The notes below the pieces were generated by a model. It made no database searches and was not told the origin of the DNA. It saw only the letters and a program-made list of their open reading frames with translations. DNA of 63,120 nucleotides, filler included. It is 4 parts of 4 records of this genome, joined end to end, with 100 filler letters (N's around TTAATTAATTAA, not from the genome) between each part and the next. Parts side by side here need not be neighbours in the genome. Positions count along the whole stretch, not along the records: positions 1 to 7,484 come from SRR22947727_1020; positions 7,585 to 24,707 come from SRR22947727_1043; 2 more parts are not named here. One strand, written 5' to 3'. A program made the position numbers and the translations under genes. Shown here piece by piece: positions 1 to 10,376 of this stretch. Each line of letters begins with the position of its first letter. The stretch's first letter is position 1.

Positions 1-1002
1 TTTATTTTTTGAGTATAATTCCATTTTATGATGCATTAACCATGGATAAGAAAATATTTTTATATTATTTTTAGCAAATAAATTGAATATTTTTTCAATG
101 TTTGTTTTGTCATTGATTATAAAAGGGTATCCATTAAAAAAACCACCTCTTATTGATAATTCATTAATCTTTACAGGCTGGATATTTTCACACTTATCGA
201 GAATTAGATCAATTTTTTTATATATTTCTCTCTTGTAGTAATTAATTTTTTCTAAATTGATTAAATCAACTTGAGCAATTGATATTCCTAGTGGATGTGC
301 CCTTAATTTTTTTGATAATCCAGTTTTAGCAAAAATTTTAAAATCATCTTTTGATAAAAATTCTTTTTCATTTCGATTAAAGTGTCCATATGAAGACATT
401 CTTAGATAGTAATCGTAATTATCTGTGACTGTTATTCCACCCTCACCAGCAGCTATAGCTTTTGCTCCTTGTAAACTAAAACATCCTATGTCACCAAAAC
501 TACCAACTTTTTTTCCATTAAAAATGGCTCCATGTGCATGAGAACAATCTTCAATTAATCTTAAGTTAAATTCTCTGCTAATATTTTGAATTTCATTCAT
601 ATTACACGGGTAGCCCCAAGGATGAACAATTAATAAAGCTTTACATCTACTTGTAATTTTTTCCCTTATATCATTGCAGTCTACAGTTAATGTATGTGGA
701 TCAATATCCACAAAAACAGGTTTTAATGATAGATTTATAATTGGACCTAATGTTGCATGAAATGTACTTGATGGAACTAAAACTTCATCATCTTTTGATA
801 AATTTAGAGCATATAATGCTGCTTCAATAGAAGATGTCCCGTTACAAAAAGTTAAGCCAAATTTTTTACCAATATAATTTGCAAAATTATTTTCAAATTC
901 TTTTACTAATTTAGGGTAACCTGAAATTTCTCTTTTTAAAAAACAAATATTTAGTTTGATAATTTTTTCTAATAAAATTTTGATTATTAAAAGATATTTC
1001 AT
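1..1002 (-). CDS. DegT/DnrJ/EryC1/StrS-family PLP-dependent sugar aminotransferase (3' end runs off window; absent from ORF track)
   Basis: Manual translation from ATG at 1002: ...FCNGTSSIEAAL...EDCSHAHGA...GSFGDIGCFSLQGAKAIAAGEGG, the DegT motifs. Confidence 0.9.
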   Translation of the reverse strand, partial: MKYLLIIKILLEKIIKLNICFLKREISGYPKLVKEFENNFANYIGKKFGLTFCNGTSSIEAALYALNLSKDDEVLVPSSTFHATLGPIINLSLKPVFVDIDPHTLTVDCNDIREKITSRCKALLIVHPWGYPCNMNEIQNISREFNLRLIEDCSHAHGAIFNGKKVGSFGDIGCFSLQGAKAIAAGEGGITVTDNYDYYLRMSSYGHFNRNEKEFLSKDDFKIFAKTGLSKKLRAHPLGISIAQVDLINLEKINYYKREIYKKIDLILDKCENIQPVKINELSIRGGFFNGYPFIINDKTNIEKIFNLFAKNNIKIFSYPWLMHHKMELYSKNK

Positions 1003-1004
1003 TT

Positions 1005-2606
1005 TTATATTTTATCTAAATATTTACCTAATTTATTAGACATTGCCATATTTGTTAATCCAGGATTACCACTGCCTATGGTTCTAAAAATTGAATTACC
1101 AGATATATACAGATTTTTAACATCATGAAATTTACTATTTTTATCAACTACACCATCAGATCTACTCAAAGACATTCTTGTTGTTCCACTGTGGTGGCTA
1201 GCATCTGTGATTTCTAAACTGTCATTCTTTTTAAATGATAGATAGCTATGATTATTTGTCATTTCTTCTATGATTTTAATAAATTCTTGTTGAGTTTGAT
1301 GATCTATTTCACTCAATTTCCAATCCATAATAGGAATATTTTGTCCAAATATATCTTTTTTATTGCTTAAATGAATTTTGCTATTGATATTTGGAAATTG
1401 CTCTCCCTGAAAATTAATTTTTATATTACTAAATGATAGAATATTATTTTTTCTACTTAAAATAATTCTTATAATGTTATTTATATAAGAATTTGATATT
1501 TGAGCAGGTATTTTAAAATATATTAACTCTAGTAATTTTTTCAAACTTAAATTTTTAAAGTTTAAAAAGTTAGGTACACCAGATAATTTTATAATTTTTT
1601 TAATTTCATTTAAAATACTTTCAAAATATTTGTCATCTTCGTCACCAAAATCTGGGTCAAGATAGGCATGACAATTTAAAACTTTATTTGTTATTTGATG
1701 ATTGTTCGAAATTTTTAGACTATTTCTTAGGTCGAAGCTATTGAATTTAATTCCAAATAAAGAACTTAGTGAAAATTTATTTCTTGTGGTTAAGGTACCA
1801 AGAGTTGTTCTTGGATGATCCATGTAATATCTGCCTGTATTAGCGTTATCTAATATATTGTAATTTATGCTATTGTTAAGAATAATTTTTGCATTTTCTA
1901 TTGCACCACAAGATAGGACAAAAACTTTTGACTTAACATTTATTTTTTTTCCTTTTGACTGAAGAAGAATCTCTTCAATTATTTGGCCTTCTTGGTTAAT
2001 TTTTAATTGTGTTGCTGTTAGGTTAGTAATTAAAATAATATTATTATTATTAATTAATTTCTTAGTAAATTTTGAATTAATATTAAATTTTTCCATTTTT
2101 GATGGCCAAAAATGATTTTTGAAAGATAATTTTTTTTCGTTTATGAATTCATTTTCTAATTTTAAATAGTATTTTTCAATTTTTTTAAAGCCAAAATAGT
2201 CGAAATTATTAAAACTTTTATCAAATATTTCATTTATTATTTCTTCATAATTTTTTTTCAATTCATTGTAATCAATTGGCCATTCTAAATTATTATCTAA
2301 CCACTCTCTTTTGCTAATTTCATTTTCTTCTAATAACATCAATTGATTAGCCCATAAATTAGCTGAACCACCTAATTGTCTAACTCGATTTACATGATTG
2401 GTTCTTAGTTTTAATCCCCTGTTATCAAGATCATTTAATTGTTGTATAGTAGAGTCATAATTAACACCACCACTATCAACTATTATTATTTTTTTATTTT
2501 TAATTTTAGATGCAATTATCTGACCACTCATACCCGCTCCTACAATACAAACGTCAGCATTTAAAATTGTATCATTTTCAAGCTTAAGATTATCAATTAT
2601 AGGCAC
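1005..2606 (-). CDS. GMC-family FAD oxidoreductase
   Basis: IVGAGMSG dinucleotide motif, LGGSANLW, GRYYMDHP, HHSGTTRM, GNPGLT. Confidence 0.85.
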   Translation of the reverse strand: MPIIDNLKLENDTILNADVCIVGAGMSGQIIASKIKNKKIIIVDSGGVNYDSTIQQLNDLDNRGLKLRTNHVNRVRQLGGSANLWANQLMLLEENEISKREWLDNNLEWPIDYNELKKNYEEIINEIFDKSFNNFDYFGFKKIEKYYLKLENEFINEKKLSFKNHFWPSKMEKFNINSKFTKKLINNNNIILITNLTATQLKINQEGQIIEEILLQSKGKKINVKSKVFVLSCGAIENAKIILNNSINYNILDNANTGRYYMDHPRTTLGTLTTRNKFSLSSLFGIKFNSFDLRNSLKISNNHQITNKVLNCHAYLDPDFGDEDDKYFESILNEIKKIIKLSGVPNFLNFKNLSLKKLLELIYFKIPAQISNSYINNIIRIILSRKNNILSFSNIKINFQGEQFPNINSKIHLSNKKDIFGQNIPIMDWKLSEIDHQTQQEFIKIIEEMTNNHSYLSFKKNDSLEITDASHHSGTTRMSLSRSDGVVDKNSKFHDVKNLYISGNSIFRTIGSGNPGLTNMAMSNKLGKYLDKI

Positions 2607-2642
2607 AAAATTACATTAATACTCAAATAAGTTAACGGCAAA

Positions 2643-3629
2643 TTATTTTTTTGAAATTAAAAATAAATTATCTCCTAAATTTTTTAAGAATGGTAAAAAA
2701 GATGATAATCTCTTCAAAATAATAGATATTATCAAAATAATTTTATTTATTGTTGTAAATAATTTAAAATCTGTAATTTGCGCTTGTGTAAAAAAACTTC
2801 CAATTTCAATTTTAGTTTCACCAATATTGGATTTAAACATTAATTTTAATTGTTTTGGGGAGTAATAATTTGTATCAAAATATTTTTCTTTATTAAAAAT
2901 TTTCTTCGTAAGAGCATAAATACTTCTTAGTCCAAATTTATTTAACATTTGAATTTGAGAAACTCCATTTGGCTTTAAAGTAAATTGAATTTCTTTCAAA
3001 GTTTTTAAAACATCTTCCCTACTGAAGTGTTGTAAAACACTATAAGAAAAACAATAATTAAAAAGATTTTCTTTAAATGGCATATGACATGCATCTCCAA
3101 CAATAAATCTAGATTTAACTCCTAATTGTTTTGCAACTTTTGTAGCAGCAACAACGCTTTTAATAGAAGGATCAATTCCGACTGGATCAAATCCATTATT
3201 ATAGGCAGAAAATGACCATCTTCCCCAGCCACATCCTATATCAAGTAGTAAGTTTTTCTGGTTATTAATTATTGGAAAAATTGGAATTGGATATTTTTTT
3301 AATTTTCCAATTGCTGGCTTATAAAAATTACTGTTTGTAGCCGCAACAACATTTTGAACATGACCATCTATAGCATCAGATTTAAGATTTGAATTATAAT
3401 ATTCATCAATATTTTTTTTTTCTTTTAAAATTTTTAAAGATCTAATTGTAAAATCATTTTTTGATTTAATGTATTCATTTACTAGCATAATTGGTATATT
3501 ATTATAAATTTCATATTTATGCTGGTGTGTTGAGCAAACAAAATTATTATTATTAATGGTTAGTTTAGATTTATCTATAGGACAAACTAAATTTTCTTCA
3601 AACCACGGGTCTATTTTTTTTGTAATCAT
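2643..3629 (-). CDS. Trm112-like N-terminal domain fused to class I SAM methyltransferase
   Basis: LVCPIDK...YEIYNNIPIML; LLDIGCGWG; VGDACHMPF; SVLQHF. Confidence 0.8.
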   Translation of the reverse strand: MITKKIDPWFEENLVCPIDKSKLTINNNNFVCSTHQHKYEIYNNIPIMLVNEYIKSKNDFTIRSLKILKEKKNIDEYYNSNLKSDAIDGHVQNVVAATNSNFYKPAIGKLKKYPIPIFPIINNQKNLLLDIGCGWGRWSFSAYNNGFDPVGIDPSIKSVVAATKVAKQLGVKSRFIVGDACHMPFKENLFNYCFSYSVLQHFSREDVLKTLKEIQFTLKPNGVSQIQMLNKFGLRSIYALTKKIFNKEKYFDTNYYSPKQLKLMFKSNIGETKIEIGSFFTQAQITDFKLFTTINKIILIISIILKRLSSFLPFLKNLGDNLFLISKK

Positions 3630-3668
3630 TTATAGTTTTTAGAAATATATATTATATATTTTCAATGA

Positions 3669-4424
3669 ATGCTTTCAAAAAAACTTAAACCAAATAAGCT
3701 ATATGATCTAACCAGAATTGGTAAAGAAAATGATGGTGGTTATTTAATTTGTAAAAAAAGTTTCTTAGAGTCAAATTTATTATTTTCATTTGGTATTAGT
3801 GATGATTTTTCATTTGAGAAACAATTTAAAGATATAAACAATTGTAAGATAATTGCTTTTGATCCATCGTCTACAAATAACTTTTTTATAAAAAAAATAT
3901 TAATAGCTTTAATTAAATTAGATTTAATACAGTTTGTTAAAAACATAAATAATTTTATTAATTTTTTAATTTTTTTTGGTCAAAAAAATTGTTCTTTAAT
4001 TAAAAAAAAAGTTGCAATGAAGACTAATCAACATTTTAATTCTATATCAATAAAAGATATATTTAATTTAGCAGATAAAAGTTCTAAAATTTTTTTAAAG
4101 ATTGATATTGAGGGGTCTGAATATAGAATTTTAGATGATTTAATTAATTTTTCAAAAAATATATCAGGTTTAACAATTGAATTTCATGATGTGGATTTAA
4201 ATATTAATCGAATACTTGATTTTATAAAAAAATTTGACTTAACACTAGTGCATATACACCCAAACAATTATTCAAATTTAGGTATAGATAATATACCCAC
4301 ATCACTAGAATTAAGTTTTTCCAAAGATCCAGTTATAATTAAAAAAACTTTACATTTTCCTCACAAATTAGATCAAAAAAATGATAAAATTTCTAAAGAT
4401 ATTAAGTTAATTTTTAAAAAATAA
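3669..4424 (+). CDS. FkbM/Methyltransf_22-like methyltransferase
   Basis: RIGKENDGGY, SFGISDDFSFE, LKIDIEGSEY, IEFH, HIHPNN. Confidence 0.75.
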   Translation: MLSKKLKPNKLYDLTRIGKENDGGYLICKKSFLESNLLFSFGISDDFSFEKQFKDINNCKIIAFDPSSTNNFFIKKILIALIKLDLIQFVKNINNFINFLIFFGQKNCSLIKKKVAMKTNQHFNSISIKDIFNLADKSSKIFLKIDIEGSEYRILDDLINFSKNISGLTIEFHDVDLNINRILDFIKKFDLTLVHIHPNNYSNLGIDNIPTSLELSFSKDPVIIKKTLHFPHKLDQKNDKISKDIKLIFKK

Positions 4425-4482
4425 TTTTATTCAATCAGATAAAAAATTTAGTATACTTAAAACTATACTTATTTATCAAAAT

Positions 4483-6003
4483 ATGAAAATTTTAGATTGC
4501 ACTCTTAGAGATGGAGGATATTACACAGGTTGGGATTTTAGTGATAATTTAGTAAATAGTTATTTTGATTTAGTTAAACATCTTCCAATAGATATCGTAG
4601 AAGTAGGTTATAGAGGAAATAAAACCAAAAAATCATATTTTGGTGAATATTATTTTCTTACAAAAACAAAACTTCAAAGTATAAAAAAAAAAATTGGTAA
4701 GAAAACAAAAGTTTCAGTGATGATTGACTTGAAAGATTGGAAAACACCTAAAGCATTAGAAACAAATTTAAGAGATTGTAATAAGTGTGTCGATATTATC
4801 AGGTTTGCTGTTGATCCAAAAAAAATATCAGAAATTAAAGAATATATAAAAATTACCAAAAAATTAGGTTTTACTGTAGCAGTTAATTTAATGTACACAC
4901 ATTTAATTCTTAAAGATGTCGAAATAATTTTAAATATTATTAAATTAAAAAAATATTTTGACATTATCTATTTAGTGGATTCTTATGGAGCTTTAGTTCC
5001 TGGAGATATTGGTAAGATTATTGATAAAATAAAATTAATAGACAAAAATTTAAAGATTGGCTTTCATAGTCATAATAATTTGGAGTTAGCGCTTTCAAAT
5101 TCAATTGAAGCAATTAATCGTGGTGTTGATTTTGTTGATTGTACATTTACAGGGATGGGTAGAGGAGCCGGTAATTTAAAAACTGAATTATTACTTTCTT
5201 ATCTGGGTATTAAGCATAACAAAATTAAAATAAATAATTTTAAGAATATAGGCACTGTCGTTGATATGTTGGAGGAAATTAAATCCAAAGAAAAATGGGG
5301 AACTAGTTTGCCCTATATGATATCAGGCTCTACCAATTCTCCACAATCTGAAGCTATGCAATTAATTAAATCCAAGAGATATAATATGACGGATATTGTC
5401 ACATATCTTTATAAAAAAAATGAAAAAGATATCAATATTATTAAAAATTTAAATTTTAAAAAGAAAGAAGTTTTAATAATAGGAGGAGGGATGTCTGTTA
5501 AAAAAAAAATTGACTATTTAAAAGAATTTTTAAAAGAAAATAAAAATATTTTTGTAATATTTTCTAGCTCAAGAAATACTGAGCTTTTTAACAATATATC
5601 CTCAAGATCCATAACGTGTATAACAGGTAATGAGATTGTGAAAATTAAGAAAAATTATTTAAAAAAAAATAAGTTCATCATAAATGATTTAATAGATGAA
5701 AAAACGTTGCTACCTAAAAAGACTATTAATTTTTATAAGATAAAAAAAAATATTTTATCAAAAAAAGTTAATAACTCTCCACTAGCAATATCTTTAGCTC
5801 TTGCACATGAAATTAATGCAAAAAAGATATTTTTAGTTGGTTTTGATGGGTTTAAAGAAACTGATAAAATAAACGACTACAATCTATTTAATGAAAATCA
5901 AAAAATTCTTAATTTTTATGATAATAGACTAAATTTAATTTTTTTAAGTGAAACGACTTATGATACCAAAAATAAAACTTCAATTTTTAAATATTTAACA
6001 TAA
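4483..6003 (+). CDS. DRE-TIM (HMGL-like / 4-hydroxy-2-oxovalerate aldolase-like) aldolase with C-terminal Rossmann-like domain
   Basis: ILDCTLRDGGY, DSYG, GFHSHNNL, GMGRGAGN; C-terminal IIGGGMS and LVGFDG. Confidence 0.8.
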   Translation: MKILDCTLRDGGYYTGWDFSDNLVNSYFDLVKHLPIDIVEVGYRGNKTKKSYFGEYYFLTKTKLQSIKKKIGKKTKVSVMIDLKDWKTPKALETNLRDCNKCVDIIRFAVDPKKISEIKEYIKITKKLGFTVAVNLMYTHLILKDVEIILNIIKLKKYFDIIYLVDSYGALVPGDIGKIIDKIKLIDKNLKIGFHSHNNLELALSNSIEAINRGVDFVDCTFTGMGRGAGNLKTELLLSYLGIKHNKIKINNFKNIGTVVDMLEEIKSKEKWGTSLPYMISGSTNSPQSEAMQLIKSKRYNMTDIVTYLYKKNEKDINIIKNLNFKKKEVLIIGGGMSVKKKIDYLKEFLKENKNIFVIFSSSRNTELFNNISSRSITCITGNEIVKIKKNYLKKNKFIINDLIDEKTLLPKKTINFYKIKKNILSKKVNNSPLAISLALAHEINAKKIFLVGFDGFKETDKINDYNLFNENQKILNFYDNRLNLIFLSETTYDTKNKTSIFKYLT

Positions 6004-6060
6004 TAAAAATGTTATTTGTATTATATTGTTAAGATAAATTTGCAGTATTGAAACTAACTA

Positions 6061-7071
6061 ATGATAAAAGATAAAAAAATATTAATTGTTGGAGCTGGTG
6101 GTTTTATTGGTGGACATTTGGTTGATCGATTATTGAAAGATGGCAATACTATAATTGCTAGCGATATAAAACCAAAAGAATATTGGTTCCAAGATTTTGA
6201 TGAAGTAGAAAATCACTATGAAATGGACATGAAAGATATTTCGAATTGCAGAAAAGTGACTCAAGGAATTGATTATGTTTTTAACATGGCTTGTAATATG
6301 GGTGGAATGGGATTTATTGAAAATAATAAAGCTGAATGTATGCAATCAGTTTTAATTAATACAAATTTATTAATTGCCTGTAATGAGAATAAAGTTCAAA
6401 GATATTTCTTCTCATCAAGTGCTTGCGCTTACAATATAACAAAACAACAAGACGTCTTTATTGAAGGCTTAAAAGAGGAAGATGCTTATCCAGCAAATCC
6501 AGAGGATGGTTATGGGTGGGAAAAATTATTTAGCGAGAGAATGTGTAGACATTTTCAGGAAGATTATGGACTTGAAGTTAGAGTTGCTAGGTATCACAAC
6601 ATATATGGACCTTTTGGTACTTATGATGGTGGAAGAGAAAAAGCTCCCGCCGCTTTATGTAGAAAAGTTATTCAATCTAAAAAGGAAAATAAAGATATCA
6701 TTGATGTTTGGGGTGATGGTGAACAAACAAGAACTTTTCTCTATGTAGATGAATGCGTTGAAGGAACCTTAAGATTATTCGAGTCTGATCATTCTGACCC
6801 TATAAATATTGGAAGTGACGAACAAGTATCCATTAATCAAATGATAGGGATTATTGAGGATATTTCAGGAATAAATAAACTAAATAAAAATTATCAATTA
6901 GATAAACCCAAAGGGGTAAGAGGCAGATCTAGCAATAATGATTTAATAAAAAAAGTCCTTAACTGGAGCTATCAAATGAGTTTAAAAGATGGATTAATGA
7001 AAACTTATGACTGGATTGAAAATGAGATGGATAAAAAAGGTTCAAATTTAAGTAAATTTACCAAATCTTAG
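6061..7071 (+). CDS. GDP-mannose 3,5-epimerase-like NDP-sugar epimerase
   Basis: GAGGFIG, NMGGMGFI, SSSACAY, YGWEK, GGREKAPAALCRK, GVRGRSS. Confidence 0.85.
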   Translation: MIKDKKILIVGAGGFIGGHLVDRLLKDGNTIIASDIKPKEYWFQDFDEVENHYEMDMKDISNCRKVTQGIDYVFNMACNMGGMGFIENNKAECMQSVLINTNLLIACNENKVQRYFFSSSACAYNITKQQDVFIEGLKEEDAYPANPEDGYGWEKLFSERMCRHFQEDYGLEVRVARYHNIYGPFGTYDGGREKAPAALCRKVIQSKKENKDIIDVWGDGEQTRTFLYVDECVEGTLRLFESDHSDPINIGSDEQVSINQMIGIIEDISGINKLNKNYQLDKPKGVRGRSSNNDLIKKVLNWSYQMSLKDGLMKTYDWIENEMDKKGSNLSKFTKS

Positions 7072-7097
7072 GATTCTAGATATAATGTGTATAAATT

Positions 7098-7478
7098 ATG
7101 GAAATAAAAAGAAGTTCTAATAAAAACTTTGGAATAGTTTTTTTTGTAGTTTTTATCATAATTGGTTTTTGGCCTTTGCTAGATATCAATACATATAGAT
7201 TGTGGGCAATAATAATTGCTGTGATTTTTTTAACCTTAGGATTCATGAATTCTAGACTATTAACCCCTTTAAATATCTTATGGTTTAAATTTGGAATTTT
7301 TTTAGGAAAAATAGTTTCTCCAATAGTAATGGGTGTGATATTTTTTTTTGTAGTCACACCAATAGCTATTTTAATGAGAATATCTAAAAAAGATTTGTTA
7401 AATCTAAAGTTTAATAATAAAGAAACTTATTGGATAAAGAAAAGCAATTATAAAAGTAAAATGAAAAATCAATTTTAA
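7098..7478 (+). CDS. SxtJ-family small membrane protein
   Basis: SNKNFGIVF...LLTPLNILWFKFGIFLG...FFFVVTPIA...TYWI...MKNQF pattern. Confidence 0.8.
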   Translation: MEIKRSSNKNFGIVFFVVFIIIGFWPLLDINTYRLWAIIIAVIFLTLGFMNSRLLTPLNILWFKFGIFLGKIVSPIVMGVIFFFVVTPIAILMRISKKDLLNLKFNNKETYWIKKSNYKSKMKNQF

Positions 7479-7484
7479 CATGAG

Positions 7485-7584
7485 NNNNNNNNNNNNNNNN
7501 NNNNNNNNNNNNNNNNNNNNNNNNNNNNTTAATTAATTAANNNNNNNNNNNNNNNNNNNNNNNNNNNNNNNNNNNNNNNNNNNN
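7485..7584. other. Artificial contig spacer
   Basis: 44 N + TTAATTAATTAA (stops in all six frames) + 44 N. Confidence 0.99.
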
Positions 7585-7585
7585 T

Positions 7586-7735
7586 CATGAAATGGGTTTT
7601 GCTAAAACTGTAGCAGATAGAATGGTTTTTATGGATGAAGGGAGAATTGTAGAGCAGGCCGTTCCTGAAAAATTCTTTAATAACCCTGAAAGTGATCGTA
7701 CAAAATTGTTTTTAAGTCAAATTCTTAATCATTAA
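7586..7735 (+). CDS. Polar amino-acid ABC transporter ATP-binding subunit, C-terminal fragment
   Basis: Manual translation HEMGFAKTVADRMVFMDEGRIVEQAVPEKFFNNPESDRTKLFLSQILNH*; truncated by contig start. Confidence 0.9.
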   Translation, partial: HEMGFAKTVADRMVFMDEGRIVEQAVPEKFFNNPESDRTKLFLSQILNH

Positions 7736-8426
7736 TTAAAATATTTACACGGCGATTCATTCGTCCTTTATTTTCTATTTTGCCTATTGTAATTTTGCCT
7801 ATTTCTTTAGTTGATCTGACGTGAGTCCCTCCGCAAGGTTGAAAATCAACATTGCCTATTTTGACAAATCTTAATTTGCCGTCAATGTTAGGTGGTTTGA
7901 CAGACATTGTTCTTACTAGCTCTGGCTGACTTTCCAATATTTTACTATCTATATATTCATATGTAATTTCATGATCTTCTTCCATTAACGCATTAATTTT
8001 TTCCTGCAGCTCTTCTTTTTTTATTTCTTTATCAGGATCATTGAAATCCAACCTACTTTTTTCATAGCCGATTTGCCCCCCTGTTACTCCAAGTGATATT
8101 GAAGCACACATTAGATGTAATGCACTGTGCATCTGCATATATTTATATCTTTTATCCCAATTTATTCTTGCTATTATTTTTTGATTTATGCTTAACCCAT
8201 TTATATTTTCTAATATATTTTTTATAGAACCATTTGTTTTTATTGTGTCAATCACCTCTATTTTTTGACCATCAGCTATTATTTCGCCTTCATCCCCTGG
8301 TTGACCACCACTTTTTCCATAAAATATTGCATCCTCTAATTCTATTGTTTTATTTTCTTCATTAATCTCCTTTATCCTTGTTTCTATTTCTTTTGTGTAT
8401 GCATTTTTTTCAAATATATTTGCCAT
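7725..8426 (-). CDS. alaX: AlaX-type alanyl-tRNA editing protein
   Basis: FYGKSGGQPGDEG, HSALH, QPCGGTHV. Confidence 0.9.
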   Translation of the reverse strand: MANIFEKNAYTKEIETRIKEINEENKTIELEDAIFYGKSGGQPGDEGEIIADGQKIEVIDTIKTNGSIKNILENINGLSINQKIIARINWDKRYKYMQMHSALHLMCASISLGVTGGQIGYEKSRLDFNDPDKEIKKEELQEKINALMEEDHEITYEYIDSKILESQPELVRTMSVKPPNIDGKLRFVKIGNVDFQPCGGTHVRSTKEIGKITIGKIENKGRMNRRVNILIND

Positions 8427-8458
8427 ATTTTTTTTTATCAGATTTTTGCATTATTATG

Positions 8459-8486
8459 TTGACTTTTTTATCAATCTAAATAGATT
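8459..8486 (+). promoter_or_regulatory. Putative sigma70 promoter of umuDC
   Basis: TTGACT-N16-TAGATT directly upstream of the LexA box. Confidence 0.5.
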
Positions 8487-8487
8487 A

Positions 8488-8502
8488 GAACAAAACAAGA
8501 AC
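8488..8502 (+). promoter_or_regulatory. Alphaproteobacterial LexA (SOS) box
   Basis: GAAC-AAAACAA-GAAC = GAAC-N7-GAAC upstream of umuD. Confidence 0.85.
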
Positions 8503-8566
8503 ATTATTATATTTATTTTAAATATAATTATTGTTTATCAATTATTTAAATAATTTTTTTAAAAAT

Positions 8567-9010
8567 ATGAATGAGAAAAATATAGTATCCATTATCGATA
8601 TAGGGAATAGCAAAAAGATTACAACACCGCTATTTTTAGACTCTGTATCAGCAGGCTTTCCATCTCCAGCAACTGATTATTTAGAAAATAAGCTTGATTT
8701 AAATGAGTATCTTGTGAAGCATCCCGCAGCGACTTTCATTGTCAAAGCAAGCGGCCCTTCTATGATAGAGGCTGGAATTCTATCGGGAGATTTACTGATT
8801 GTAGATAGAAGTGTTACACCAAAAAACGATAATATCGTTATAGCCTCAGTCTTCGGCGATCTCACAGTTAAAAAATTACGTAAAAAAGGATCTTCGTTGT
8901 TTTTAGTTTCCGCTAATAACGAATATCCTAGTATTGAGATAAAAGAGGAGATGGAGTGCTTTATATGGGGGGTTGTAACTTATGTCATACATAAAGCAGT
9001 TACAAAATAA
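8567..9010 (+). CDS. umuD: UmuD (peptidase S24 autoprotease subunit of Pol V)
   Basis: VSAGFPSPA cleavage site, GPSM, TVKKL; ATG at 8567 preferred to TTG at 8531. Confidence 0.92.
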   Translation: MNEKNIVSIIDIGNSKKITTPLFLDSVSAGFPSPATDYLENKLDLNEYLVKHPAATFIVKASGPSMIEAGILSGDLLIVDRSVTPKNDNIVIASVFGDLTVKKLRKKGSSLFLVSANNEYPSIEIKEEMECFIWGVVTYVIHKAVTK

Positions 9011-10286
9011 TCACTCTTCTTTAGATAATTCTATCGCTTTGATAGATTGTAATAACTTTTACGCATCTTGTGAGAGAATATTTAATCCAAAATTAATGAG
9101 AAGACCTATCGTTGTCCTATCAAATAATGACGGATGTATAATTACAAGATCAGCAGAAGCTAAAAAGCTAGGAATTAAAATGGGTGAACCATATTTCAAG
9201 GCAAAGAAAATTATTGATAAAAATAATGTAAAAGTTTTTTCTTCTAATTACTCCTTGTATGGTGATATTTCTCAGCGAGTTATGGAAACCTTAGCAAGGT
9301 TTGCTCCTGATATAGAAATTTATTCAATAGATGAGGCTTTTTTAGGACTAAATGGTTTTGAAAATTATGAATTAAACACGTATTGCAGTTACATACGTCG
9401 TACCGTAAAACAGTGGGTAGGCATTCCAGTGAGTATAGGTGTGAGCTCAACAAAAACACTTTCAAAAATTGCAAATAACTTGGCAAAAAAAAATAAAGAG
9501 TATGAGGGCGTATGTATATTGAAGTCTTGGTTTGAAATAAATGAGGCTTTAAAGTTAACTCCTATAGGAGATGTCTGGGGAATTGGAAGAAGACTGTCTT
9601 CTTTTTTACAAAAATATAACATTAAAACTGCTTATGATTTTATTCAACTTGATAAAGGATGGGTAAGAAAAAATATGGGTGTGGTTGGAGAAAAAACATT
9701 TCTAGAACTTTGCGGAGTATCTTGTATCGAATTAGATTTAATTCCATCAGATAAAAAAAGCTGTTGTGTTTCACGTTCGTTTAGTAAACCAATAGAAAAA
9801 ATTCATGACTTAGAAGAATCTGTTTCAGCTTATGGAACAAGGGTTGCAGAAAAAATAAGAGAAGAGGGGCTGATGGCAGAATCAATGAGTGTTTTTGTTC
9901 TTACAAATTATTTTAATAGAAAAGAAAAACAGTATTCAAACTCAATTAAATTACAGCTACCTTTTCCAACTAACAATAGTATTAAGATTGTCAAACGGGC
10001 ATTACAAGGAATAAGAAAAATATACCGTGAGGGGTATCGTTATAAAAAAGCAGGAGTAATTTTATACGGCTTAAGTAAATCAAGTCAGGTAAAAGGTTTA
10101 TTGGACTATGATCGAGAAAGTTCAGACGCAATCATGAATACAATGGATAGGATTAATGGGCGTTATGGTAGTTCTGTAATTAGGTTGGCATCTGAAGGTA
10201 CTGAAAAATCATGGAGAATGAAAAGAGAGAATGTATCTCCTTCATACACAACAAAATTTGAAGATATTGTAAGGGTAAAACTATAG
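8982..10286 (+). CDS. umuC: UmuC Y-family DNA polymerase
   Basis: DCNNFYASCE, VLSNNDGC, YSIDEAF, WRMKRENVSPSYTT. Confidence 0.93.
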   Translation: MSYIKQLQNNHSSLDNSIALIDCNNFYASCERIFNPKLMRRPIVVLSNNDGCIITRSAEAKKLGIKMGEPYFKAKKIIDKNNVKVFSSNYSLYGDISQRVMETLARFAPDIEIYSIDEAFLGLNGFENYELNTYCSYIRRTVKQWVGIPVSIGVSSTKTLSKIANNLAKKNKEYEGVCILKSWFEINEALKLTPIGDVWGIGRRLSSFLQKYNIKTAYDFIQLDKGWVRKNMGVVGEKTFLELCGVSCIELDLIPSDKKSCCVSRSFSKPIEKIHDLEESVSAYGTRVAEKIREEGLMAESMSVFVLTNYFNRKEKQYSNSIKLQLPFPTNNSIKIVKRALQGIRKIYREGYRYKKAGVILYGLSKSSQVKGLLDYDRESSDAIMNTMDRINGRYGSSVIRLASEGTEKSWRMKRENVSPSYTTKFEDIVRVKL

Positions 10287-10376
10287 TAGAATAGTATATA
10301 AATAGTAAATATTAATAGTTTTTAAATTTATTAAATAGCTAAGATTGAAAAGAGAATAGCGAATTAAATTTAGAGA

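Noticed and set aside
7098-7478. Saxitoxin biosynthesis implied by SxtJ-like gene
   Set aside because: SxtJ-family proteins are common in glycan islands; no sxtA or other core toxin genes are present.
10287-10376. Recurring AATAG(T/C) words upstream of the MFS gene
   Set aside because: Irregular spacing in extremely AT-rich DNA; not distinguishable from chance.
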